Shown: positions 15,139 to 23,530 of the stretch, piece by piece | Position numbering within the stretch: the first letter of the stretch is position 1 | Layout: every line of letters begins with the position of its first letter | DNA from: a virus | Taxonomy: Duplodnaviria; Caudoviricetes | Length of the DNA: 37,874 nucleotides | Direction: 5' to 3' (one strand) | Virus record (IMG/VR): IMGVR_UViG_3300030095_003206 | Location: 1 to 37,874 of that record | Translations under genes and position numbers: made by a program | The notes under the pieces: model-generated | The model's database searches: none | What the model was told of the DNA's origin: nothing | The model's input: only the letters and a program-made list of their open reading frames with translations

Positions 15139-15203
15139 CCCGTATAGGCATTGCGTTTTGATAACATTGGATTGTCAGAGCATTCACAGAAAGGAATAGA
15201 ACA

Positions 15204-15548
15204 GTGACAAAGAATAAAGAGGTGTTTGAAATGAATGATGACGCGCTTCGGCTTGTATCATTCATTAGTAATATAGCTGGCGAGTATGACAGCTATATGA
15301 CGCCACATGCTGACGGTTACGAATCACCTGCTATTTGCTGGGGTGGGCTTCGGTTTGACAAAGAGGCGGGGTTTTGGTGTTACGTCGAGTTCCACAAGGA
15401 TGGCCCAATCGTGGAAATTTATGAGGACTTTACCTTCTGGCCCGACGCGCCAGCAAACCTGGTTTATTTGTTGGTCGGCTATTGCGCGTACCACGGCATT
15501 AAAATCAGGGAAACATCATTAAAATTGGGGAGCGTTCACGATGCTTGA
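15204..15548 (+). CDS. Hypothetical protein
   Basis: 114-aa ORF with AAAGGAA RBS (alternative ATG at 15231 with GAGGT). Confidence 0.7.
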   Translation: MTKNKEVFEMNDDALRLVSFISNIAGEYDSYMTPHADGYESPAICWGGLRFDKEAGFWCYVEFHKDGPIVEIYEDFTFWPDAPANLVYLLVGYCAYHGIKIRETSLKLGSVHDA

Positions 15549-16089
15549 TAGCAAACCAAAGTTTGAAAAACTGACGGTTGCCAAGGCGGCTTATTGGTTG
15601 AGCGAGGCCTGGGGCCAGACGATCAAGCCCAGTGATGTGCGGCTACGCGGCAACTGGATGTTTGTGCGGGGCAATCCTTCTTTCAACGAGGAAGTTGACT
15701 GCATATTCGTACCGACAGGGAACGATCTGCACGGCGAGGCGTGGAGCGGCATCAGTCACGATGACAGTCCTTTTGTTGTTAAGGACAAGGCCAAAATTGA
15801 GGAACTGACTGCGAAGCTCGGCGCCGAATACAAGGCGTATCTGATTAAGCATTGCGATTACACCGAGGCAGATTGGTTACAAATGTGCGGCGGTAAATAT
15901 TTTGAAATCCGCAATGAAGATGATCAATGGATCATGTGGGTTGACCAGTACGGCGATTGGGCATTGCCATGGAGCGATACCATGGACAGAGAATTAAAGT
16001 TAAGTGATCTGCCAGCCCATGAACCCTGGTGCGACACTGCCTTGCTGAATGCTGTTAATGCCCAGCTATCGAAGTGGGTGAAAGGATAA
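15541..16089 (+). CDS. Hypothetical protein (Trp-rich)
   Basis: 182-aa ORF, GGGGAG RBS, overlaps the upstream stop. Confidence 0.72.
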   Translation: MLDSKPKFEKLTVAKAAYWLSEAWGQTIKPSDVRLRGNWMFVRGNPSFNEEVDCIFVPTGNDLHGEAWSGISHDDSPFVVKDKAKIEELTAKLGAEYKAYLIKHCDYTEADWLQMCGGKYFEIRNEDDQWIMWVDQYGDWALPWSDTMDRELKLSDLPAHEPWCDTALLNAVNAQLSKWVKG

Positions 16090-16094
16090 GAGTG

Positions 16095-16943
16095 ATGACA
16101 GAAGAACTGAAATCCTCAACGACGCTTGCCGATGGCGGCGTCTATGAGCATGGCGGCGGTACGGATGACCTGATAGTTGAGTATCATCGGGCATCTACTA
16201 CCCGTCAAGGCGCCGACGGCCTGGGTATCGATGCACAAAGAAAAATGTGCATGGATTACCTTAACGGCGGCAAGTGGAAAGTGATAGGCGAATTTATTGA
16301 GGTTGAAAGCGGCGCCAAATCGGAGAAGGAGCGGCCGCAACTGGATGCCGCGCTGGCGCTTTGTCAGAAGCACGGCGCCACGCTGTTGGTGGCGAAGCTG
16401 GACAGACTAAGCCGTTCAGTGGCATTTGTGTCCCGGCTCATGGAATCGGGCATCAAGTTTGTGTGTGCCGATCAACCCCATGTGTCTGACCTGACTATCC
16501 ACATCATCGTGGCCATGGCCCAGTACGAGCGGGTACAGATCAGCGATAGGGTCAAAAAAACCCGCGGTGAAATGAAGCGCATCATTAAGGAAGACGGGTT
16601 CTATGCGACCAAGTCGTCTAATCGCCAAAAGAAACTGACCAAGCTAGGATCTGATAATTGGGACGAGGTGCAGAAGGAAGGGCAAAAGGTCAAGCAGACT
16701 AGGGCCGACGCCTATGCGCTTAGCGTGTGGCCTGAAATCGTGCAGTGCCGGCAGCTTGGCATGACAACTATGCGGCTAATCGCGAAAGAACTGACCCGGC
16801 GTGGCGTTCAGACCCGCGCACGGCAGCGCCAGATTGACAAAGACAAGGCCGTGTTTGGCAAGCCTGGGTATGGCGAAGGGGAATGGCACTGGCACCCGCA
16901 ACAGGTCAAGGCCATCATTGATCGCGTCGAAGGTGATAAATAG
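16095..16943 (+). CDS. Serine recombinase (resolvase/invertase catalytic domain plus C-terminal DNA-binding region)
   Basis: YHRASTTRQ (catalytic Ser), GLGIDAQ, EVESG...RPQLDAAL, LLVAKLDRLSR, AQYER..IS.R.K and IAKELTRRGVQT...WHPQQV. Confidence 0.92.
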   Translation: MTEELKSSTTLADGGVYEHGGGTDDLIVEYHRASTTRQGADGLGIDAQRKMCMDYLNGGKWKVIGEFIEVESGAKSEKERPQLDAALALCQKHGATLLVAKLDRLSRSVAFVSRLMESGIKFVCADQPHVSDLTIHIIVAMAQYERVQISDRVKKTRGEMKRIIKEDGFYATKSSNRQKKLTKLGSDNWDEVQKEGQKVKQTRADAYALSVWPEIVQCRQLGMTTMRLIAKELTRRGVQTRARQRQIDKDKAVFGKPGYGEGEWHWHPQQVKAIIDRVEGDK

Positions 16944-16956
16944 TTGACAGTCAGAG

Positions 16957-16985
16957 TTAAAGCAGACACAAAACAGAGTTATAAT
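16957..16985 (+). promoter_or_regulatory. Possible internal promoter
   Basis: TTAAAG - 17 bp - TATAAT; CAGAGTTA direct repeat overlaps both boxes. Confidence 0.4.
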
Positions 16986-17001
16986 AGAAAAGGAATTTAC
17001 T

Positions 17002-17157
17002 ATGTATATGCCAAAACCGTGTAGTAATTACACCTATAAGACAGAACTTTTAATCAAAACCTTGAAAATGCTGGGCGGGGTTACGCTGTTTGCGGCCCTA
17101 ATGGCAGGGGTCTATGCCTGGACGATCATGGGCGCCGCGATGTTGGGGGTTCTGTGA
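17002..17157 (+). CDS. 51-aa membrane microprotein
   Basis: MYMPKPCSNYTYKTELLIKTLKMLGGVTLFAALMAGVYAWTIMGAAMLGVL; AAAGGAA RBS. Confidence 0.68.
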   Translation: MYMPKPCSNYTYKTELLIKTLKMLGGVTLFAALMAGVYAWTIMGAAMLGVL

Positions 17158-17366
17158 TGAACCTCTTCCAATACGCGGATTATACCGCATTGCAGGGGGA
17201 TCTGAAAGTCGCTCAATCCCGCTGCCAAACACGCCGCATCAATCACATCCACAACGAACTGAAGGCCGTCGTTACTGACATTCTACGTGACGAGTATGGC
17301 CCGACTGTTCCCGTCAAGAACCAAGTGGGTTCGGCCCACGCCAGCGACATGGGGGGTACAAGATAA
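17154..17366 (+). CDS. Hypothetical protein
   Basis: 70-aa ORF coupled to both neighbours. Confidence 0.65.
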   Translation: MMNLFQYADYTALQGDLKVAQSRCQTRRINHIHNELKAVVTDILRDEYGPTVPVKNQVGSAHASDMGGTR

Positions 17367-17367
17367 A

Positions 17368-18315
17368 ATGGTCGGTAAACTGACATCAAACTTGATGTGT
17401 AGCTGTAGTATCTTGCCTTACATTATGGGCTTATCGCCGTACAAAACGCCCAACGAACAGTTGCTGGAAATGTGGGCTGAGAAGCAGGGCGAGGGCAAAG
17501 AGTGGGTAGGCAATGAAAACACCCATTGGGGCAATGTCCTTGAGCCAACAGTCCTTACGGAAGGGTGCAGCCGCCTAGGCCTCGTTCCCGAACTTGATAT
17601 AACCGAACCTGTTGTGCATCCAACACTGCCGCTGGCGGGTAGCCTGGATGGCAGGGCCGATGGCAAGAGTATGACAATCCACCATGACCCGTCCAAGGGC
17701 ATCTATGTGGTCGGCAATAGCCGCATTGTGTTGGATGGCATCGGTGTCCTTGAGAGCAAGGTGACGCGGAGCCGGGCAGAAGACTTCCCACCGATGTGGC
17801 GTGGGCCTGTCCAGGTGCAGGGTCAGATGATGTGCGGCGGCTATAAATGGGCGGCACTTATCATCCTATATGGCGGCGTGGAAATGCGGATCTTCCTGTT
17901 TACCCTGCATGCCGGCACAGAGAAATCGATCACCGAAGCATGCCTGGATTTGGATAGACGGCTAAACGCCGACGAAATTGAATATTACGATCTGGCCGAT
18001 GCGGCCGATGCCGCGCTTGTTTATTCGCTTGGCGACAAGGAAGAACCTATCGATCTGCCAGCCGGGTTTGACATTCTCTGCGAAGAATACTTGTTGCTGA
18101 AAGAGAAGATTAAAGAAGGCGGCGAAGCACTTGGAGTGCTAACCGCGGAAATCCAAAGAAAGATGGGCAACCACACGTCTGGCCTGGCCGGAAACTACCG
18201 TGTGTCTTGGCCTGTCAAAAAATATCGTGAGCAACCTGAGAAGATCGTACCGGCTAAGCCGGCGCATCAGGCTCGTCAGAAAACCATCAGTGTGAAGGAA
18301 ATGAAAAATGGGTGA
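17368..18315 (+). CDS. YqaJ-like (lambda exonuclease family) recombination nuclease
   Basis: IMGLSPYKTP, HWGNVLEP, AGSLDG, LESKVT and QVQGQMMC motifs; ATG 17368. Confidence 0.9.
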   Translation: MVGKLTSNLMCSCSILPYIMGLSPYKTPNEQLLEMWAEKQGEGKEWVGNENTHWGNVLEPTVLTEGCSRLGLVPELDITEPVVHPTLPLAGSLDGRADGKSMTIHHDPSKGIYVVGNSRIVLDGIGVLESKVTRSRAEDFPPMWRGPVQVQGQMMCGGYKWAALIILYGGVEMRIFLFTLHAGTEKSITEACLDLDRRLNADEIEYYDLADAADAALVYSLGDKEEPIDLPAGFDILCEEYLLLKEKIKEGGEALGVLTAEIQRKMGNHTSGLAGNYRVSWPVKKYREQPEKIVPAKPAHQARQKTISVKEMKNG

Positions 18316-19315
18316 AGTAGCTATCAAACAGAGCGGAATCCTGACGCCAAGGAATATGGGCGAGGCCATGCAATTTGCGGAAACAATGGCTGTGTCTGCG
18401 TTCTGCCCTAAAGCATTCCAGGGCAAGCCGGCAGATATTGTGGTCGCCGTCCAGTGGGCAAGCGAAGTAGGGCTGGCACCATTGGCCGCGATGCAGAACA
18501 TGGCGGTCATCAATGGCAAGCCAAGCCTGTATGGTGATGGCATGATGGCGCTGATCACTGGCCATCCCGAATACGTGAGCCATAAGGAATGGCGAGAAGG
18601 TGACGAAGCCTTTTGCACGATTGTTCGTATGCGGTTCAGCGAGAAAATTGAAACCACAAGATCGTTCAGCATGGCCGATGCCAAGCGGGCAGGGCTGGAC
18701 GGCAAGGGACCGTGGCGGTCCTACCCGAAACGCATGTTGCAAATGCGGGCGCGTGGGTTCGCGGCCAGGGACAGTTTTCCTGACGCGCTCAGTGGCGTCA
18801 TTATCAAAGAAGAGGCCATGGACTATCCGACGAAGCCGGATCAACCCAAAGATATTACCGATCAGGTGGTGGTTGCACCGGCGAACCCGATGGACGCGAC
18901 GTTTGGGGGGGATGTTCCAGAAAGTGACCCGCCAGAATTGCCTGAGAGCAACGCCGTGGATGTTTCTGATGCTGGTGTCCCAGAAAATATAGATGTTGCT
19001 GAGAGCGCAACAGAGGACGACACAGACGAAGGCGACGAACGCGCCTGGGAAATGAACGAGGAAAGCGGCATTAAGGAGTATCCCACGGCAGACCAGTGGA
19101 TGGCTGGCATGGAGAAGGCTTGGAAGGACATCGAAGCCGACAAGGACATGAGTTTTGAGGACCGGCGCCACGAAATTTCCGAACACAAAAAAGACCATGA
19201 CGATACGATTGATCGGCTCAAGGCAGAACACCCTGACAAGGCGGAAGCGTTTGGCAATGATTACAAGAAAATATTGCGGCGCTTGTCGGCCAAGGCAAAG
19301 GAAGCAAACAAATGA
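18308..19315 (+). CDS. recT: RecT/Redbeta-like single-strand annealing protein with acidic C-terminal extension
   Basis: GKPADI.VA...GLAP..AMQN.AVINGKPSLYGD, FSM.DAKRAGL.GK.PW..YP.RML..RAR.FA.RD.FPD.L.G; follows YqaJ. Confidence 0.88.
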   Translation: MGEVAIKQSGILTPRNMGEAMQFAETMAVSAFCPKAFQGKPADIVVAVQWASEVGLAPLAAMQNMAVINGKPSLYGDGMMALITGHPEYVSHKEWREGDEAFCTIVRMRFSEKIETTRSFSMADAKRAGLDGKGPWRSYPKRMLQMRARGFAARDSFPDALSGVIIKEEAMDYPTKPDQPKDITDQVVVAPANPMDATFGGDVPESDPPELPESNAVDVSDAGVPENIDVAESATEDDTDEGDERAWEMNEESGIKEYPTADQWMAGMEKAWKDIEADKDMSFEDRRHEISEHKKDHDDTIDRLKAEHPDKAEAFGNDYKKILRRLSAKAKEANK

Positions 19316-19698
19316 GAGCGTCTTTAACACCGATGCAAATCAAGGTGTATGGTTTTATACGCCAATACCGTTCGGAACATGGAACTGTTCCGACCAGCCA
19401 AGAAATTGCCACGGGGGTGGGAACCACGTCGGCAAATGCTCACAGGGTTATTAAAGGGCTAACCGCCCGCGGCTACATTATTCCAGGTCCGCCCAGGACA
19501 TGGCGGTCTTACGCCCTGGTTGAAGATCACGAAAACGTAAACCCGATGATGGGGGTACATTCTGCCGCCGCTGACTTTGTCCGCAAGCATCGCGCATTTA
19601 TGGATGCCGTTGAGAGCGGACAAGACACAGAAGACATGGGCCATGAAGTGCAACAGGCACTTAAAAAATTAACCGTCGAAGTAGGGGAGAATGTGTGA
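19312..19698 (+). CDS. LexA-type winged-HTH DNA-binding protein (no peptidase domain seen)
   Basis: LTPMQIKVYGFIRQY...GTVPTSQEIA...S.NAHRVIKGL..RGYI. Confidence 0.82.
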   Translation: MRASLTPMQIKVYGFIRQYRSEHGTVPTSQEIATGVGTTSANAHRVIKGLTARGYIIPGPPRTWRSYALVEDHENVNPMMGVHSAAADFVRKHRAFMDAVESGQDTEDMGHEVQQALKKLTVEVGENV

Positions 19699-19928
19699 TG
19701 AGTGACCGTCAATGTATTCAGCGTGAGTTGCGAAACGCAAGGCGCGTGATCACAAACCCTGACAAGTTTTCATCAAGCCTGATCGATACCGCATGGGCTG
19801 TCATCAGGTCTGCAAACCGGCAGAATATTTATTTACACCCAATGCCTTTTGTTTCAGCGTCGGACGCATATTCCTGTTCGCCGTCACAGCAATCAAGCAC
19901 AGGCTGCTTGCATGAAGTGCAGACATAG
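19695..19928 (+). CDS. Hypothetical protein
   Basis: 77-aa ORF coupled to the LexA-like gene; 3' end overlaps a convergent gene. Confidence 0.5.
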   Translation: MMSDRQCIQRELRNARRVITNPDKFSSSLIDTAWAVIRSANRQNIYLHPMPFVSASDAYSCSPSQQSSTGCLHEVQT

Positions 19929-19999
19929 TGGGACTGCACTTGTTCTAGGCGGGTTGACTGTCCGCACCACGGGCAGTCGATCAGTCTGTCAGGGATCAT
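19829..19999 (-). CDS. 56-aa Cys-rich zinc-binding microprotein after endolysin
   Basis: MIPDRLIDCPWCGQSTRLEQVQSHYVCTSCKQPVLDCCDGEQ...; ATG abuts the endolysin stop (TAGATG). Confidence 0.7.
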   Translation of the reverse strand: MIPDRLIDCPWCGQSTRLEQVQSHYVCTSCKQPVLDCCDGEQEYASDAETKGIGCK

Positions 20000-20482
20000 C
20001 TATGATAAGAACAGGTTGCGTTCAGCCACACGCCGACGTACTAGCCCTGGCAGTATTTGGCCGGCTGATCGCCGCCACTTAGGCAGTTCGTCCGCTGCGC
20101 CCTCGTAATCGAGGCGCGAAATCTTCTGGCGGAGGGTACTGCGATAAAAGTTCCCACTGCCCACATTGTAAGTGAAACTGCATAGGCTGGAAAATTGGTT
20201 TTCAGTCAAAGGCGCTTTGACAACTCTTTTAATTGTATCCTCAACATGGCGCACTTCTTGTCTGAGCAAAGCTTCGCCTTCGACTTCATCAATGTCAGGG
20301 TGATCAGGGGTGACACGATTGCCATTGCTATCATATGTGCTACCCCACCCAATCGTCCAGCGCGCGCCGCAATGGTATACGCTGGATCGCCAGCCCTCGA
20401 AGCTCTTAATGATGTCCAAACCGGCCGCATTGATGTGACCGTCCCAACTGTGTCTTTCGATCAGTTGGTCATGTAGGCTCAT
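20000..20482 (-). CDS. Endolysin, GH24 phage lysozyme
   Basis: GLDIIKSFEG...YHC...WTIGWG, LTENQFSSL.SFTYNVG.GN...STL and GLVRRR.AER.LF. Confidence 0.95.
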   Translation of the reverse strand: MSLHDQLIERHSWDGHINAAGLDIIKSFEGWRSSVYHCGARWTIGWGSTYDSNGNRVTPDHPDIDEVEGEALLRQEVRHVEDTIKRVVKAPLTENQFSSLCSFTYNVGSGNFYRSTLRQKISRLDYEGAADELPKWRRSAGQILPGLVRRRVAERNLFLS

Positions 20483-20925
20483 GTTTGAGTTTTCCGCGCC
20501 ATGGTGCGCGAGCCAAACCAGAAACTTACGACCGCCGCCCAAACGGCCTGAAATTCATCGTTCCATATCAAGCTGTATTGTTCAGCCGTCATCCAATCCA
20601 TGCTTACGCACAAGGTTAGGACGCCAAACTCAAGCGCGAGCAGGTAGGTCAAACATGGCCGGACAGATGCAGCCAGATTAACTACCCACGGGCTGGCCTT
20701 TGCTTGCAAGTTGGACGAGTGCTTGAGCAAAGCCTCGCCTTCGCGAATGTCGGCCTCAACATGCAGATGCTGAAGTTTAATTTCGCCCAGCGCCTTTTGC
20801 TGATCAATCTGAGCCGACATGAGCTTGAGTTCATGGGCCTTGTCGCTTTTGTCCTGAAAGAAATCCATGACCTTGGGGAGAAAGCTGGTGCCAAAACCAA
20901 GGACGGAACCTAGCAATGAAAGCAT
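20479..20925 (-). CDS. Putative holin (3TM-holin-like)
   Basis: MLSLLGSVLGFG...DKAHELKL, ASVRPCLTY and VSFWFGSR with hydrophobic segments; ATGA overlap with endolysin. Confidence 0.78.
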   Translation of the reverse strand: MLSLLGSVLGFGTSFLPKVMDFFQDKSDKAHELKLMSAQIDQQKALGEIKLQHLHVEADIREGEALLKHSSNLQAKASPWVVNLAASVRPCLTYLLALEFGVLTLCVSMDWMTAEQYSLIWNDEFQAVWAAVVSFWFGSRTMARKTQT

Positions 20926-20981
20926 CAGAGAAGAACTCCTATAATAGCAATCTGAAAAAATATTATTGTAAGTCCAACCAT
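20925..20981 (-). CDS. 18-aa hydrophobic micro-ORF coupled to holin
   Basis: MVGLTIIFFQIAIIGVLL; fills the intergenic gap, TGATG overlap with the holin start. Confidence 0.45.
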   Translation of the reverse strand: MVGLTIIFFQIAIIGVLL

Positions 20982-20983
20982 CC

Positions 20984-21364
20984 TCAAATTTCCTTCTTGC
21001 CCATTGTTGATTTTGTTGGGGGGTCAATTATTTGCAGCCCGTACCCAGCCGCAAGTATGCAGGTCACCGGCCCGACTTCGCGTGACAAACTCCACGCGCC
21101 ATTTGGGCCAACATAAAGTTGCATGACTGAACCATCCATATACCCACCTGCCAGCAACGGCTGTTCTTTATATTTATGTTCAAGTAACTCTTCGACTTCT
21201 GCATGAGCATCGCAGTGCGGCGCCATGTCCAAGGGCGGCGTTGTCTCCAATTCTTGCCGCACCAAGTCAGCATGCGACCTCATCAGGTCAGTCGGATGCA
21301 CGGCTTGATTGGTCTGGCACCCGGCCAGGAAAAACACTAGGGCTAGGACCGATATTCTTGCCAT
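20984..21364 (-). CDS. Lipoprotein in lysis region
   Basis: Signal peptide with lipobox LAGC; two further Cys. Confidence 0.75.
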   Translation of the reverse strand: MARISVLALVFFLAGCQTNQAVHPTDLMRSHADLVRQELETTPPLDMAPHCDAHAEVEELLEHKYKEQPLLAGGYMDGSVMQLYVGPNGAWSLSREVGPVTCILAAGYGLQIIDPPTKSTMGKKEI

Positions 21365-21371
21365 AACTAAC

Positions 21372-21722
21372 TCACTCCATCCTGGGATGCTTAGAGTTGT
21401 GGATGTGCATAAGATGCTCCGTCATCTGGCGAAGCACTCGCAACTCAGCTTGCATCGTAGCAAGTTCCCGATTGCGCTGCTCCAAAGCAGACACGCTGTT
21501 AATGTCTTTGAGAACATCGATCTGGCTAGAGAATACGGCGCGTTGTGATTCCGCATCGTCTAACCGTGCATCAAAATTGCTTTTAAATTTGTCAAAGTTT
21601 TTGTGGAAAATATCTAGGTCTTCCATGACGCGCGCCAAGTTGCTTTTCACAACAGCATAGCCACCTACGACGGTAGCTAATAGCAAGACCCCCTGGATCG
21701 CATGAGTAGCAGTTAATTCCAT
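21372..21722 (-). CDS. N-terminal TM plus coiled-coil protein (possible spanin/lysis accessory)
   Basis: IQGVLLLATVVGGYAVV followed by a heptad-rich helix. Confidence 0.65.
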   Translation of the reverse strand: MELTATHAIQGVLLLATVVGGYAVVKSNLARVMEDLDIFHKNFDKFKSNFDARLDDAESQRAVFSSQIDVLKDINSVSALEQRNRELATMQAELRVLRQMTEHLMHIHNSKHPRME

Positions 21723-21723
21723 A

Positions 21724-22260
21724 TTACCTCACCGCCGGTCCATATGTTGCGGCCCACCACAAAAACCAAGCAATGCCCCCGGCAATTGCTGCAACAGCCA
21801 AGCCCTTGGCAACTTCAATCAAGATTGCCTTGCGGCGTTCTGCACGTTCCTCGGCGTCAATCTTCGCCTGCTTTGCGCGTTCCTTTTTATCGGCAATGCG
21901 CTTTTCGCGCTCATCTAGAATTTGATCCCAGGTACTTTTTTCGCCCGGCTTGGACGGCCACTTGCGATTGATTTCGTCTTTCAAATCAGCAATCTGCTGG
22001 TCTAATTGTTTCTTCTCAATAACGGCAGCAGCAGCCGAACTGATACTGTCGTCGCCGCCATCATCCTTAGCGCGTTTCTGCAAGATGCTTTTGTTCTTCG
22101 CGCCAATGCTGCTGCCAGCCTTGTGGTCTTTGTTCTTTTCGTGTTCGTCCTGTGCGCTGAAAACCCCGTCCAGCCCATGCACAATTTCCTGCACACCCCT
22201 GGCGCTCTTGACCAGCGTCTTGGTGGCGGCTATGGCAGCGGCAATGGTCAGGGGATCGAT
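21724..22260 (-). CDS. Coiled-coil membrane protein with C-terminal TM; probable non-canonical ATC start
   Basis: Frame extends upstream of GTG 22194 as (I/M)DPLTIAAAIAATKTLVKSARGV to ATC at 22260; C-terminal LAVAAIAGGIAWFLWW. Confidence 0.65.
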   Translation of the reverse strand: MDPLTIAAAIAATKTLVKSARGVQEIVHGLDGVFSAQDEHEKNKDHKAGSSIGAKNKSILQKRAKDDGGDDSISSAAAAVIEKKQLDQQIADLKDEINRKWPSKPGEKSTWDQILDEREKRIADKKERAKQAKIDAEERAERRKAILIEVAKGLAVAAIAGGIAWFLWWAATYGPAVR

Positions 22261-22272
22261 TTCACACCTACC

Positions 22273-22605
22273 TTACGGCTTCGGATTGTCGCTTTTGACC
22301 TTAGCAAGCGCCTTATAAAGCTCGCCATCGGTTGTCACCTTGTTGGCTGCAATGTCACGAAACAGCATGTCGAGTTGCTCCGCAATATCAGGATATTGAA
22401 CGCGACGATCACCCCTAACTTTTGGTAGAGTTGATGCCGCCAAGGCGTTGATGGTATCCATCGTTGGTTGGTCGCCGAGCTTGTCGGTGTTCCAGCTTTC
22501 GATGCGGTGTGCCCCGTTTTCAAAGACCAGCCGGAAATCGTTCTCGACATCGCGGATGTCGATGCTTTTGCTTTCAAGATATGTCGTCAGTTTCTCATAA
22601 CTCAT
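22273..22605 (-). CDS. Tail fibre assembly chaperone-like protein (copy B)
   Basis: IESWN...QPT and RRVQYPDIAEQLDMLF...VKSDNPKP. Confidence 0.7.
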   Translation of the reverse strand: MSYEKLTTYLESKSIDIRDVENDFRLVFENGAHRIESWNTDKLGDQPTMDTINALAASTLPKVRGDRRVQYPDIAEQLDMLFRDIAANKVTTDGELYKALAKVKSDNPKP

Positions 22606-23231
22606 CAGACAACCCTCCAACCAAACATCTGGGCTTTATATAGGTTCGCATTTGATCCCTTCGCATGATAAACTTGCATAAGTACATAATCACTTGCACT
22701 CATGCTGAACGCCCCTACCCCACTCATGGATGCTTCGTGTACTGTCGTTTTGAAAACACTACGCTGAAGCTGCAAACTATCTGAACTGTTGTAATGATTA
22801 AGCGACATCCTTTGGTCAACTGTGCCACTACTTTCCAAATACATATGCGTACAAAAAAACATATATTTGCCAGTAGACGGTGCGGTGAATTTATTGCTGG
22901 CCAAATGACTACCTTGATCTAGAGTCTCAGTATCAAAAGTAACTGTTGTCCAAGCACCAGTTCCAATTACTTGGTTGCCCGAATTATCTGCTATAAAAAG
23001 TTTTTCAATTGCACCGCCGCCAGCTAGATCAAGAATGCCTTGGACTGTGTCGCGCTTGGTATTGTTTGAATCTGTCGCATCGCCGTACATAATAAGATCA
23101 GACGCCGTGATGGTTACGTCGGAATAGTCGCCGATCAAAGCGTCTTTTGTTAATGTGCCATCGACCGCGTTGGCATCGATGTCTGTGGTCCCGACCAACC
23201 CTCGGGCCGGGCTGCTACCTAAATATGGCAT
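22605..23231 (-). CDS. Tail fibre/receptor-binding subunit with C1q-like C-terminal domain
   Basis: MPYLGSSPA N-terminus; VTFDTETLDQG...NKFTAPSTGKYMF...MSASDYV.MQVY. Confidence 0.72.
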   Translation of the reverse strand: MPYLGSSPARGLVGTTDIDANAVDGTLTKDALIGDYSDVTITASDLIMYGDATDSNNTKRDTVQGILDLAGGGAIEKLFIADNSGNQVIGTGAWTTVTFDTETLDQGSHLASNKFTAPSTGKYMFFCTHMYLESSGTVDQRMSLNHYNSSDSLQLQRSVFKTTVHEASMSGVGAFSMSASDYVLMQVYHAKGSNANLYKAQMFGWRVV

Positions 23232-23236
23232 GTCAA

Positions 23237-23530
23237 TTACTCCGGTTTCGCATATTTATCTTTGACCGCTTTAAGTTGTGCAGCCATCGCGTCCGAGAAC
23301 GCACCCTTGTGATATAGATCGTCTAGCTGATCACCCACCGCTGGATATTCAGCGGCTCTCTTTTCGCGGTAGGCCGTCGCCGCAAGGTGAGCCTCATACT
23401 CTGCCGTCCAGGCATCTTGATCTGATTGCGAAGGGATACCACCAGGGAAGACCGTGATCTTATTATCCCTCGTTTCCATCCCGGCTTGATGGTTAAATTT
23501 CCAGCCGATTACTGCACCAATGTTCGACAT
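23237..23530 (-). CDS. Tail fibre assembly chaperone-like protein (copy A)
   Basis: YREKRAAEYPAVGDQLDDLY...KAVKDKYAKP. Confidence 0.72.
   Translation of the reverse strand: MSNIGAVIGWKFNHQAGMETRDNKITVFPGGIPSQSDQDAWTAEYEAHLAATAYREKRAAEYPAVGDQLDDLYHKGAFSDAMAAQLKAVKDKYAKPE

Noticed and set aside
18287-19330. 347-aa minus-strand ORF and other long antisense ORFs (for example 28534-29241, 37082-37729, 35424-35999)
   Set aside because: They shadow well-supported genes on the opposite strand and have no recognisable motifs
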